DNA from: Octopus sinensis
Taxonomy: Eukaryota
Direction: 5' to 3'
Length of the DNA: 64,000 nucleotides
Assembly (NCBI RefSeq): GCF_006345805.1
Contig: NC_043000.1
Span: forward strand, 137,764,001 to 137,828,000
The translations under genes and the position numbers were made by a program. Of the stretch, positions 26,776 through 38,775 are shown piece after piece. Each line of letters begins with the position of its first letter. Position 1 is the stretch's first letter. The notes under the pieces are model-generated. The model did no database searches. It saw nothing but the letters and a program-made list of their open reading frames with translations, and had not been told where the DNA came from.

Positions 26776-27451
26776 AGCTTTCGCAGTATTTTTATCGGTC
26801 AACAAACATTTACATAATTATTTATACATATATACCTGTATGTATGTCTCGCATGCTGCAGGGAGCTTGTCTCCCTTGTTAGTCATAGAGGAAAAGATAA
26901 ATTCATTTCAACTCGGATTTAATACTTGGGGAGTGAACTGCAGTCGGAGTTCTCTTCCAAGTGTTACAAAATACGAAAAGTGGTTGGAGACAGGGATTGA
27001 CCTGTTGGAAGGAACAGTGTACAAAAAGTAGACAATGAGGCCACTTGTAAGTGGGGCGAGTGATTTCATTTACATTTTTCATATTCATATTGTCATACAT
27101 TCTAATATACATTTTCGTTTTATATTTTATATATTTTATGTCCTACAAGTTTTATCGTTTTGTCCCCTCTATGTTGGCCCTTTATGGGCAATAAAGAATG
27201 TCTTGTTTCCTATGTTAGTCATTATATATATAATATTATATATATATAAATAAAAAATATGCATACATACAAACATATATGTACGTACCTACATCTTACA
27301 TGTATATATACATGCATATAAGTAATATACGTGAGTACAGGACACCACAACAAGACGTAGAAACGGGGAAAAAAAAAAATTTACAACAAGAAAACAAGTA
27401 CAGGACATGCTACACAAGGAAAAATCCACCGTCATCAGCTGTTTCGAAGGC

Positions 27452-27503
<52 letters not shown>

Positions 27504-27624
27504 AATAGGGTAAATATTTCTATAATGGTTTTTAAAAAAAGACCACAATTATTTACTGGTAGAATTCGGTATGTAAATATAGCGATTACCGGCAGAACTT
27601 CTGTACAGTTCAGTATATATATTG

Positions 27625-27962
27625 TATATAAGAAAAAGGGACAGGCAACAGGTTGCTTGACCGCATACCGAAAAAAGTAGAAATAGCAGTCAAAAATGCT
27701 TATTTCTAATTCCCACAAATGGGGCTCCAGGCACGACAAACCTTGTAATTCACATATGCAAAACAGAAGGAATAGATATTCGAAAACGAAGTCTGGTGGT
27801 TATTCGTTTTCGAATATCTATTCCTTCTGTTTGGCATATGTGAATTACAAGGTTTGTCGTGCCTGGAGCCCCATTTGTGGGAATTAGAAATAAGCATTTT
27901 TGACTGCTATTTCTACTTTTTTCGGTATGCGGTCAAGCAACCTGTTGCCTGTCACTTTTTCT

Positions 27963-27968
<6 letters not shown>
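27625..27968. repeat. 344-bp near-perfect palindrome (166-bp arms, 12-nt spacer)
   Basis: Arm 27625-27790 versus 27803-27968, two mismatches by eye; flanked by TA runs. Confidence 0.95.
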
Positions 27969-28025
<57 letters not shown>

Positions 28026-28685
28026 GTGCGCGTGTGTGTATTGTAGTCACAAGCAGCAGCAACAGTTAGATCAGCTGAAATATGTTTGGGGCATATTTAA
28101 CCTATAAAATGGTGCAGTGATTTCAAGGATCATCTCAAGCCATCTTCTAGTGGAAGCAGTCAATGCATTTTGGTTTCTTGGCTATTAACTGCATTGTTCT
28201 TGATATCTGCTTACTTGAAACAATGTTCGCGTGTCTCCTTCAATATTTTCTCGTAATGGAGGCTGGCATCTCACGGAATCATTTCATGTCATGATACTGG
28301 GTTTCTATAGGGAAGCGAAGTTATTTCAGAATTGTCTCTCTTGCTGTACACTGTGTTGATGATAGACAAGAAGCTAGAAATGCATTCATTGCTTCCCGCT
28401 GAAGGCATTTTGAAACGATTGTTTCTGTTTCACGTATACGATCACGTAGAATGTATCAGCTTAATTTAACACGCGCATTTGTATGTATGAATATATACAT
28501 GTTTGTGTGTGTATGTAAAAGAACCCGAAAGGAATTCGAACCTAATTCATCCATATTAACATTCTCATGGTATAGGAGCTTTCTTGATGCAATCCTGATC
28601 AGATCTGCTTGTCTCCGATGCTACCTTTAATAATTTCCTTCACATTTGTTGCAGACGCGTACCGTTAGTTCCTATATAACAGTTA

Positions 28686-29072
28686 TCTCTCTCTATATAA
28701 ACGGCAGTTTGTCTGTGCGTGTTTCTGTGTGTCTGTTTGCTTGTACCCTCACTCTGACCACGGCTTTCAACCGATTCTGATGAAACTTGACACACACATA
28801 GCTCAATATCATAATTCAAAACTAACGCAGCGAAAATTTTGAAAAGTTCCCCCAGTTCTGAAAAAAATCGATAAATTCGACATGGGGTCGAGAATAAAAA
28901 AAAAACAAACCACAGACTGTCTAGGGGACGCAACTCAACCTTTTTTTACTCTCAAAAAAAATTTACCATCATTTTTCTTCCATTGTTTTGCTATTTTTTG
29001 GCTATAACTCTCTAAAAATGTTTTATAGTTATTTCCCTTACAAACCTGAGCAACGCCGGGCGATACTGCTAG
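28686..29072 (+). mobile_element. Non-autonomous Helitron-like element
   Basis: A|TC start, 3' about 130 bp shared with 13032-13329, hairpin and CTAG|T end. Confidence 0.8.
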
Positions 29073-29232
29073 TGTAAACATATATGCAATAATTGTCATT
29101 ACTCCGTGGTACAAAATTTAACGTGATTCAATTTTCTGGGTTTTTTTTCTATGAGCATCTTTCAGTTTTCTGTGTTTGGCTTTATTGAAGGAGTACACGT
29201 AGAAGCAGGTATATATACATGTGTGTGTGTGT

Positions 29233-29657
29233 TCTTTTATTATTTTATTTGTTTCAGTCATCTGACTGTGGCCATGCTGGAGCACCACGTTAAGTGGTTT
29301 TAGTCAAACAAATCGACCTCAGGACTTATTCTTTGTAAAACTAGTATTTATTCTATCGATCACTTTTGCCGAACCGCTAGATTACGGGGGACAAAAACAC
29401 ACCATCATCGGCTGTCAAGCGATGGCCTAGAGGGGGATCAACATAGACACAAACACACAAATACATATACATATACATATATTTATCTATATAAGACGGG
29501 CTTCTTTCAGTTTCCGGCTACTAAATTCCCTCAGAAGGCTTCGGTCGGCGCGAGGCTATGATAAAAGACACTTGCCCACGGTGCCACGCAGTGGGGCAGC
29601 ACCTGGAATCATATGATTAGAAAGCAAGCACCTTACTGCACAGCCACGCCTGCGCCT
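29233..29657 (-). mobile_element. tRNA-SINE family A, older copy
   Basis: Full head-to-tail similarity to 25321-25719 with more substitutions. Confidence 0.88.
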
Positions 29658-29696
29658 ATAAATACTTACATAGGACCCCACCACACACACATATAC

Positions 29697-29911
29697 GCTT
29701 TACTCTTTACTCTTTTACTTGTTTCAGTCATTTGACTACGGCCATGCTGGAGCACCGCCTTTAGTCGAGCAAATCGACCCCGGGACTTATTCTTTGTAAG
29801 CCCAGTACTTATTCTATCGGTCTCTTTTTGCCGAACCGCTAAGTGACGGGGACGTAAACACACCAGCATCGGTTGTCAAGCAATGCTAGGGGGACAAACA
29901 CAGACACACAA

Positions 29912-29950
<39 letters not shown>

Positions 29951-30116
29951 TACGACAGGCTTCTTTCAGTTTCCGTCTACCAAATCCACTCACAAGGCAT
30001 TGGTCGGCCCGGGGCTATAGCAGAAGACACTTGCCCAAGATGCCACGCAGTGGGACTGGACCCGGAACCATGTGGCTGGTTGGCAAGCTACTTACCACAC
30101 AGCCACTCCTGCGCCT
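29697..30116 (-). mobile_element. Full-length tRNA-SINE family A, young copy
   Basis: Near-identical to 25321-25719 and 52676-53085. Confidence 0.92.
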
Positions 30117-30121
30117 ATATA

Positions 30122-30675
30122 TCTACTATAGATTTGTGAAAACGGCGGACGTTGCCCCGCAAGCAGTGGTGCAGGAAAAAGTGATAGTAAATGTAATCAG
30201 ATCGACCTGAAAATTTGCACACCTATGTCAAAAGTGCTGGGGAGTTTTCATGGTAACTTTGAGTTTGCTCGATTGAAAGGCGTGGCCTCTAGGGCAAAAT
30301 TCCTCATATTTCAAAGGTGGCCCGAGTAGACCCGAATGAAGGTGTTTTAAGCTCTGTATGGCCGACTGTTTAGGAGGTTCGCTGCGCAAATATTAACTGT
30401 CCGATACAATCTTACTGAGTGGCATCTTGAGCAGCCTCTACTTTTTGCTTTTTCCAAGTAGAAGAAATTCAGTTTTTGGTGATTTCGTATGACAGTGACA
30501 AATTTGAAATACACATTCATCAGGCTTTTGCTGTTTACTGCAAACATTTTCTCCGTTACTATCTTTCCTCGAGTTTGTGAAATATTTATGGTCAAGCTTT
30601 ATTTATCAAACATGACCCGGCTCAATTTTTTTATCATTCTAACTCAAGACGGTAACAGTAAGAGGGAAGTACTAG
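30122..30675 (+). mobile_element. Possible non-autonomous Helitron-like element
   Basis: A|TCTACTATA start and CTAG|T end; subterminal hairpin not clear. Confidence 0.45.
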
Positions 30676-31740
30676 TTTATTAGATGTAGTGTTTTTCAAT
30701 TCAGATCCAAATGCTTTTGAGTTAGGCCTGCATTTCATCCTTTCAATTTCCTTAGAATAACTACTCGCGATGTACTTATTATACCGATTAAATTTGTATC
30801 CTAAAATAGTAAAGCCATATAATAGTCATATGCCAAAATTAGAAGTCATTGTTTTACTGAATAGGCAGCTCAAATTAATATTTGATATAACTCCAATATC
30901 AAGTGCTTTGTACAAGCTTCACACATTCGAACGGCCACATTACAAAATCTTTAATTACTCTTAAAGTATAACGACAGACACCACAGTCAACTTAGCCAGC
31001 ATCCTGTCCAACAAGTACTGCAATCATAAATATATGCTTTATATTTTATCTTAAATGCTTTTGTTCGTGCACTTCATTCTCTGGTCACTGGTCATACATG
31101 AATGAATGCAGTGTATTCTGCATGTTATGCTCATGTCTTTAATGTTCCATAATAATGTTGTGTGGCTTTGTGAAGTAAATTTCGAAGTTCATATAAAGAG
31201 GAAATAACCGACGTATTAAACGAAAAAAAAATAATAGCAGAAACTTCTAAGCAATTATTTAAAATAAACAATCTAATCGTTCCTATACAATATAAGATCG
31301 ATTAGTCCTTCGCTTTATAAATCTAATAGGAATTGAGTTGGGATATAAAAGCTGCCACTAATTTGGGCTAGTCTATAAAATATAATCGAATCATTAATTA
31401 TTATAAAATTATATAATTCTGAAAAGCCTACTTAATTAAAATACCCTATCGAATAACTTGCGGCTAATAACCCTCAAGAGAAAAATCGATTAGGTGATGG
31501 CAAAAAATACAACAACAACAACAGCAACGACATCAATAATAATAATAATAATAATAATTACAATAATAATAATCCCTTTACTGAAATGAAATCGCATTTC
31601 TAGAGATAAAACAGTAGCCTTAAGCAAATTAAGTTCATGCAAACAAGCGATAATAAAACCCGTATAAATAATCAAAGATGATTTCAATTGAACAAATTGG
31701 AAGGCAACAATACCGTTAATTATTTACAACAGAAACATAC

Positions 31741-31953
31741 AAAACATCTGCTCTTCACATCAATAAAGCATTCAGTGGAGTATGACCTCGTTGTCTCTTC
31801 ACGAAAATTACTATTCGATGGCAACCACTTGAATATTCCTACTAGCAAGTTAGCCGGGTTTCTTCTTAACTTCGTCCGTTTTGAATTCTGCTCTTGTGTA
31901 GTAGCTTCTTCAACACTCCGGCCTTGATGCACTGCTATTTGCTGTGACTGGTC
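31741..31953 (-). CDS. Candidate 213-nt phase 0-0 exon (DQSQQIAVHQG...SYSTECFIDVKSRCF)
   Basis: CTACCTTTAG acceptor, GTATGT donor, 71 open codons, raised GC, phase-compatible with the upstream exon. Confidence 0.5.
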
Positions 31954-31995
31954 CTAAAGGTAGTGCTAAACCTACTGCAGTCGTAAAAACATCAT

Positions 31996-31997
<2 letters not shown>

Positions 31998-32031
<34 letters not shown>

Positions 32032-32100
32032 AAGAAGAAGAAGAAGTAGTAGTAGTAGTAGTAGAAGAAGTAGTAGTAGTAGTAGTAGTAGAAGAAGAAG

Positions 32101-32169
<69 letters not shown>

Positions 32170-32225
32170 GAGTATTAGTAGTAGTAGTAGTAGGAGGAGG
32201 AGGAGGTGCAGGAGGAGGAGGGAGA
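31998..32225. repeat. (AGT)n/(AGA)n/(AGG)n compound trinucleotide repeat
   Basis: Direct; gives the poly-V/E and poly-T/S ORFs. Confidence 0.95.
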
Positions 32226-32505
32226 GGGAGAGACGGGGCTAAGAGGAGGAACAGTAAACTGTTCTGTGCCAAAAATAAGCGTGAAAAAGTTGGAAAAAAT
32301 GCTCTCGCTAGCCTAGATATTTTTTCTTCACGTTTTCCGTGTAAGCGAGATAATGATTTCAGATGAGACAAAATGCAAAATTTGAAAACAAAAGGTACTT
32401 TATTTACAGGGAGGATGTACGCTGTACCGAAACGATCCCACAGCTAATAACCGAAACATGCTGACAAAAATTAACATTATACCGCAATACTGAACGTGTA
32501 CTTAC

Positions 32506-32587
32506 TGGGCCTGTGATGTAAAATAACCAAAAATCCTCACTTAGTTTTGAAGAACATTCAAGTTCAATGTTTGTCATTGGCAACATG
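32506..32587 (-). CDS. Candidate exon (MLPMTNIELECSSKLSEDFWLFYITGP); alternative acceptor would start at 32591
   Basis: Tandem acceptors TTCAG|TTAG|, perfect GTAAGT donor, ends in phase 0. Confidence 0.5.
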
Positions 32588-32608
32588 CTAACTGAACTAA
32601 AGTAATAT

Positions 32609-32997
32609 TGGTGGGGGCACTCCTTCGGTTATGACGATGAGGGTTCCGGTTGATCCGAATCAACGGAACAGCCTGCTCATGAAATTAACGTGTAAGGGGC
32701 TGAGCACTCCACAGACACGTGCACCCTTAACGTAGTTCTCGGGAATATTCAGCGTGACACAGAGAGTGACAAGGCCGGTCACTTGAAATACAGGTACAAC
32801 AGAAACAGGAAGTAAGAGTGAGAGAAAGTTGTGGTGAAAGAGTACAGCAGGGATCACCACCATCCCTGCCGGAGACTCGTGGAGCTTTTAGGTGTTTTCG
32901 CTCAATAAACACTCACAACGCCCGGTCTGGGAATCAAAACCACGATCCTATGACCGCGAGTCCGCTGATCTAACCACTGGGCCATTGCGCCTCCATT
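32609..32997 (-). mobile_element. Full-length tRNA-SINE family C
   Basis: A box TGGCCCAGTGG, B box; 12-bp TSD CTAAAGTAATAT at 32597-32608 and 32998-33009. Confidence 0.93.
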
Positions 32998-33464
32998 CTA
33001 AAGTAATATAGACTAAAGTAGGCTAGAATTCGTGACTCTACTGATACTGGTATCTGGTGTAGGTACATGACTAGCAAATATAAGAGAATAATGTTAGTCA
33101 CTGCCTATGAATCCACTACACGAATGGTTTAGTGACCCTGAAGGTGGGGTGTGAGTTAAAGCTTACCTCGGCTAGATTAAAATCAGAATATAAAGAACTG
33201 GAATAAATACTGAAAGCCACTAGGAATAAGTTTTGCTATACATTATCAAGTAGGCCATGTTAGGATTACATTCCCCCATTCGGGATATATGAAAAGATCA
33301 GTTCGTTCAGGACTGAGTCAGATTTGCGCAACAGAAGAAAAGAATGAGTAACCAGTCTCAAATAAAGTTTGCACTAAAAATATAAGATGCACGCAAATAC
33401 TACTAGTCATTTAGACTAAAATTCAACTTTTACTGCCATGCCAATGAATGAGCCTTTGCGTTAC

Positions 33465-33502
33465 TGCGTCTTGATCTCCAGAAACATAACTGCTAAATGT
33501 AC
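33465..33502 (-). CDS. Candidate exon (VHLAVMFLEIKT); alternative donor would end at 33434
   Basis: Strong acceptor GATGTTTAATTTCAG; donor GTAACG (or GTAAAA). Confidence 0.45.
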
Positions 33503-33639
33503 CTGAAATTAAACATCAGTGCCTTAGAAATTAGCTCGGTGCATACTATAGCACAAAAACGGCGTGATAGTCGCAATAGAAGTATTATTGAGTGAATGTA
33601 TACTTGACAAATTAGACATAAGTTCTGAAAGTAACTCAC

Positions 33640-33647
33640 AGCAAGGA
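33640..33647 (-). CDS. Candidate 8-nt microexon TCCTTGCT
   Basis: Acceptor AATTTTCCTTTAG directly followed, 8 nt later, by a GTGAGT donor. Confidence 0.4.
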
Positions 33648-33720
33648 CTAAAGGAAAATTGTCATTTTTATTTAGTTTTGCGATGCAGTTGTAAGTAATA
33701 ACATTCAGAGAAGTACTTAC

Positions 33721-33733
33721 TTGCACGGTTCAT
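33721..33733 (-). CDS. Candidate first coding exon (ATG AAC CGT GCA A)
   Basis: ATG 13 nt before a GTAAGT donor; 73-nt intron to the microexon. Confidence 0.4.
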
Positions 33734-34569
33734 AAATTTTATTGAAATTTAGCGGAATTACCGTATATAAATAGTCTTTTTTTTTTTACACTAAAACATT
33801 TGTTATTGTGAGTTATTGCTATTATATTCACTGCAGGCTAACAATATCGATCATTGACAAAATTAGGTTGGTACACTATTCTCTAAGTGAGAGTCGATTT
33901 ACGTATTTATGTTTAACGCCTGTGAGCGGCTCTGCAATATATATTCGTATAACAGATTTGATTTTCTTCGGTCACTTGGGATTCAAATGTTGCAACTATT
34001 TCATTTATGTAGTCAATTTCTGAGTAATTCAAATAAGAAATTGAATACATAAAATACACCCTTACACACATAAAATCACAGAGACAAACACACAAATGTC
34101 TATGTAATGTGTGTGTGTTTGTGTGTGTGTGTGTGTATGCTTGTGTGTGTGTGTGTGTATGTGTAGTACTCAACAGAGTGACATCAGAAAGATAGAAATA
34201 ATTTATATATTAGAAAGCTTTTCTGTATGTTTTAGAAAAATGTTAGCACATTAATCACATTCTTTATATGCGGTTCATGTGCAATAAGAGGAGCTTTCTG
34301 TCGGACCGTTCCACAGAGTGTTGACCACTCTTCAAGGAAGATATAGCCGATTTCCTTACCAATCAAAAGCAAAAATCATCTGTTATATAAAGCAGGTGTA
34401 AATTAGATTTGCCCAACTGTGTATAGTCTAATTTGCTTATTTGAACTTATGACAGCTAGCATTTATTTAGATTTTATATACAACACAGCGTAAATCAAAT
34501 GAACTATATATAAATTAGATTGTGTTTATTTAATGAAGAGCTGCTTATGATTGCTTTATAGAACAGAAT

Positions 34570-35370
34570 GCAATCAGGCCTGATGGAATTCCCTCTGAAG
34601 TTATCAAGACATGCAATCTGGATGAACTAATACTGGATTTTGCGAATAAGCTCTTGATGAGCCGGGGAAGTCCAGATCAATGGTCCGGGATTTACTTGAG
34701 TCAGAAAACCTCAGCAATGAAATCTAACCACAAAGGAATTGCACTGTCCAATATTTCACTCCAAGCCATCAACAGAAGGATCCTCAACAAGACTCAATAC
34801 GTGCTTCATAGCCGTTTGTGACCAAATCAAAATGGATTCAAACCAGGGAGTTCTACATCTCAGATCTTTGCCCTGAGGTGTATCATAGAAGGAGTTAAAT
34901 CAAGACAGCTATCTGCCATTATAACCTTCATGGGCTTTAGCAGAGCTCCTGACAACATCCACCGTGAGAAAATATTAAAGATCCTTCGAGCATATGGCAT
35001 TCCAGAAGAACCAGTTATTGCCATTGCAAAGATTTAAGAGAAGACCAGAGCTCGTGTGATGTCCTCTAACGGAGAAATGGAGTTCTTTCATATACCGCCT
35101 GGGGTCCTACAAGGAGACACGCTAGCACCTTACATGTTTGTAATTGTATTGGATTATGCAATGCAGCAGGCTATCAACAAATACGAGGACCTTGGTTTCA
35201 TAATTGATCGGCAAAAACTGCGGACAGTATCAGCAGTAACCATCACATATCTGGTCTTTGCAGATGAATAGAAATTCCAGCTGCCAAATGTCAAGAGAAA
35301 CGGATATGTCTTTCAACCAATCAAACAATATTTGCTTCGAGCGGTTCCAAATTGAATGTTGCTAAATACT
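34570..35370 (+). mobile_element. Decayed RTE-clade LINE reverse-transcriptase fragment
   Basis: GPDGIP...NQNGFKPGSST...GVLQGDTLAPYMFVIVLDY...LVFADE...YFKY, with stops and frameshifts. Confidence 0.9.
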
Positions 35371-35379
35371 TCAAGTATA

Positions 35380-35428
<49 letters not shown>

Positions 35429-35492
35429 GTATCACTTCTCTTTCCCTGTCTCTCACTCCATTTCCCTCTCTCTCTCTCTCTCTCTCTTTCTG

Positions 35493-35523
<31 letters not shown>

Positions 35524-35544
35524 TTGTAAATAAATACATACGTA

Positions 35545-36095
35545 TACACACACACACACACACACATATTTAATTTGCCAACGTGTGCATTTTCACTTTT
35601 AATCATTACTACATATGCAAATATATGTGTGTATATATACATATATATATGTAGTTATACATGTAGATATGTAGTATGTATTTATATGTATGTGCATCGA
35701 TACATGCGTACATGCATTTTACATATATATTTACGAATATATACATATATATTCGTGTTTGTCTATTATGTTCGTCAATATATGCAGTTTCTAATTATAC
35801 GTACGCGCGCACACAGTCACACACACACACACACATATTTAATTTGCCAACGTGTGCATTTTCACTTTTAATCATTACTACATATGCAAATATATGTGTG
35901 TATATATACATATATATATGTAGTTATACATGTAGATATGTAGTATGTATTTATATGTATGTGCATCGATACATGCGTACATGCATTTTACATATATATT
36001 TACGAATATATACATATATATTCGTGTTTGTCTATTATGTTCGTCAATATATGCAGTTTCTAATTATACGTACGCGCGCACACAGTCACACACAC
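35545..36095. repeat. Direct tandem duplication, 269-bp period, apparently identical units
   Basis: Identical ORFs start at 35676 and 35945; boundaries lie in (CA)n runs. Confidence 0.92.
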
Positions 36096-37346
36096 ACACA
36101 CATACACACATATATATGCGATATGTTTGTTTACAGATATGTGTGTTTGCAAGAGATAATAGAAAATTGCTTTTAAATATATTTATTATTACATTTGCCT
36201 ATGCAGTTCAATGTTTTTGTGCCTCCGGATATATGAAGAGAAATATATATATACATAATTGTAGAGGTATGCTTGCATCAATGTAACCTTGCCTGAATTC
36301 GTATTTTGCTCAATTATACAAGCACATAGACAAAGACATATACTTAACATATATACGGCAATTCATATATGTATCTTTTACATTAAGAATGCGTAAGTGT
36401 TTGAGTATTAAAGTAAGAATCACAAATCAGAAAATTCTGAAAATATATTTATGACTCACACACTCACGTATGTATTTATCACTTCATTGGGATGTTACTT
36501 GAAGCTGCACAATTTAATGGGCGTGAGCTATCCGATATTTGAATATTTTTCTCTTATTGACGACTTGTTTTTTTGTTTCTCTTACATAGAAAAGCTAATG
36601 AACTGAATAAGCTAATGAACTATGGCAAAGTCGCCTAGAAATTCTAATTTGAAAGCACTAGTTGTTTACAAAGAATTGCTGTCTTCGAATATATTCTTCG
36701 ATGCTTTGTTTAGATTAAATTTGGCGAGCATGTAATATATCAATCACATTTATTTATGCGCATCTATCACGAAAATCAAATGTGTACAATTCATTTATTT
36801 TTATCAATTGATGATTCTAAAGTGCGTGCTTTTTTTAAGGTAAGCTTCTACTATTTCATGGAGTAGAATGTATGTCATTTTCCTTTACATCTTTTTGTCT
36901 TTAAGTATGTTTATTCCATTGAGTATTAAGTGACTGATTTGAAATTTACTGTTCTTGTTGCAACTATTTTTGCCTATTTTTCGTCCCTAGTTAACATTGA
37001 TTGAGCAGATCTTTGAATAAATGTGTCCAAGCCATCACAAATCTATCATATTTTCAGTCTATTGCGCCTTATATCATTCGTTGTGTTGTTTCTTATATAA
37101 GACTTTATTTCAAGCAGGTATAGCAACCATATAGACGTCCCATCATTTGTTTCTTGTGAAGCTATTGCGTGGAAGTAGAACACCCTATTGGTTGGCTCCT
37201 AATGGACTGTGCTGCAATATATATGGACATATGTAGAGAGCTTTCAGTAGTGTAAAGCAGAGTAAGGCGGAGATTCGTGTATTGTCGAAGGTTATTAGCA
37301 GTATATGGATTAGAACGATTTGCAAGGGCATTATTATTATCCCGTT

Positions 37347-37582
37347 GTATCTATTTCTTTACTACCCACAAGGGGCTAAACATAGAGGGGACAAAGAAGG
37401 ACAGACAAACGGATTAAATCGATTATATCGACCCCAGAGCGTAACTGGTACCTATTTAGTCGACCCCGAAAGGATGAAAGGCAAAGTCGACTTCGGCAGA
37501 ATTTGAACTCAGAACGTAGCGACAGACGAAATACAGCTAAGCATTTCGCCCGGCGTGCTAATGTTTCTGCCACCTCGCCGCC
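37347..37582 (-). mobile_element. Full-length tRNA-SINE family B
   Basis: 13-bp TSD TTATTATCCCGTT at 37334-37346 and 37583-37595. Confidence 0.93.
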
Positions 37583-37767
37583 TTATTATCCCGTTATATC
37601 GTACTTCGAACGTGCGATACGAGGGAAACTGAAAAAGCACAAGACAGATAGCATTCATGACATTTTTCAGAGTCTCCGAAACTGGAGTTAGGAAAGGGAC
37701 AATGCATCACAAACCAGCAGACCTACTCTCTATTTGACACTAAGTAATGACAGAAGAAATTTTACTT

Positions 37768-38120
37768 TCATGGAATATTGTTATTTGTATTATTAATACC
37801 ATTTCTATTCGTTTCCAAATACAAAAGCAATGATAAATGCAATGATCTAGCAAATATAACTTGCTTGTAATTGACGTGTCGACTGCGAGATTGAGCAAGT
37901 GGATCGAATAAACATTGGATAGATACGGCCTCAGTCTTCAGGCTGGAGAGATAAAACTTCCATTTCAGATCGTAATGCAGGGAAATTTTAAGGTAGAGTA
38001 GGCAGAAGAGCAAAGTAAGCAGTAGTGGAGGAACAATGTTTATGCTACGATTACCAGTTGCATATTCTGTGTAACGATATCTGCTAATATCATGATGTAA
38101 CTCTTGATACCCAGAAACAG
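37768..38120 (-). CDS. Candidate exon with a hydrophobic segment (…NRSINIVPPLLLTLLFCLLYLK…)
   Basis: Stop-free frame of more than 115 codons; only a weak acceptor (CCGACAG). Confidence 0.25.
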
Positions 38121-38505
38121 CTGTCGGACATGTAACACCATACCTGCTCCCTTTAATTTGGTATCTTTATACTCTGTGGAAGTTTGCTTTGTTAATGTAT
38201 AAATATCTATATAGTTATACTTGAATGATTACTGTCTGAAAATCTTTCCAGTCTTTGTTGTCTCTCTATTTGCATGTATGCATATTTATATTTTGTATAT
38301 GAAACCCAAGCAGTAGTACTTGTTTATATGTGTTCATTTGTGCTCATCTTGATTCCCCTTACACTCATTTTTTTTACCTCGTGGGATTGAACCTCGGTAA
38401 AGGTTTAGGAGTTTAAGTTCAAATCTTTTGAGCGGTTCTGTGTTTTCTATATTCAGAATCTCTACATATATCATCTGTGTTTACACACACACACACACAC
38501 ATAAA

Positions 38506-38532
<27 letters not shown>

Positions 38533-38590
<58 letters not shown>

Positions 38591-38604
38591 ATGAGAGAGA
38601 GAGA
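38533..38604. repeat. Perfect 72-bp microsatellite palindrome
   Basis: (TC)6-ATTATATATAAATA-(TA)10-TATTTATATATAAT-(GA)6. Confidence 0.9.
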
Positions 38605-38719
38605 TAAGTAGGTGAATGAATTATCCTAGTATTGATAATTAGGTTAACCGATACCTGGGTAGCAAATTCACGTCAGAAAACACGGTTGAAGCTACATATT
38701 CATTTTAAATATATATATA

Positions 38720-38775
<56 letters not shown>

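Noticed and set aside
31910-32371. Mucin-like poly-Thr/Ser ORF and poly-Val/Glu ORF
   Set aside because: Both strands of a trinucleotide microsatellite; no flanking coding support.
33160-33180. 5-nt microexon CCGAG with a GTAAGC donor on the minus strand
   Set aside because: Lies within a decayed SINE-B remnant and breaks the frame of the neighbouring exon model.
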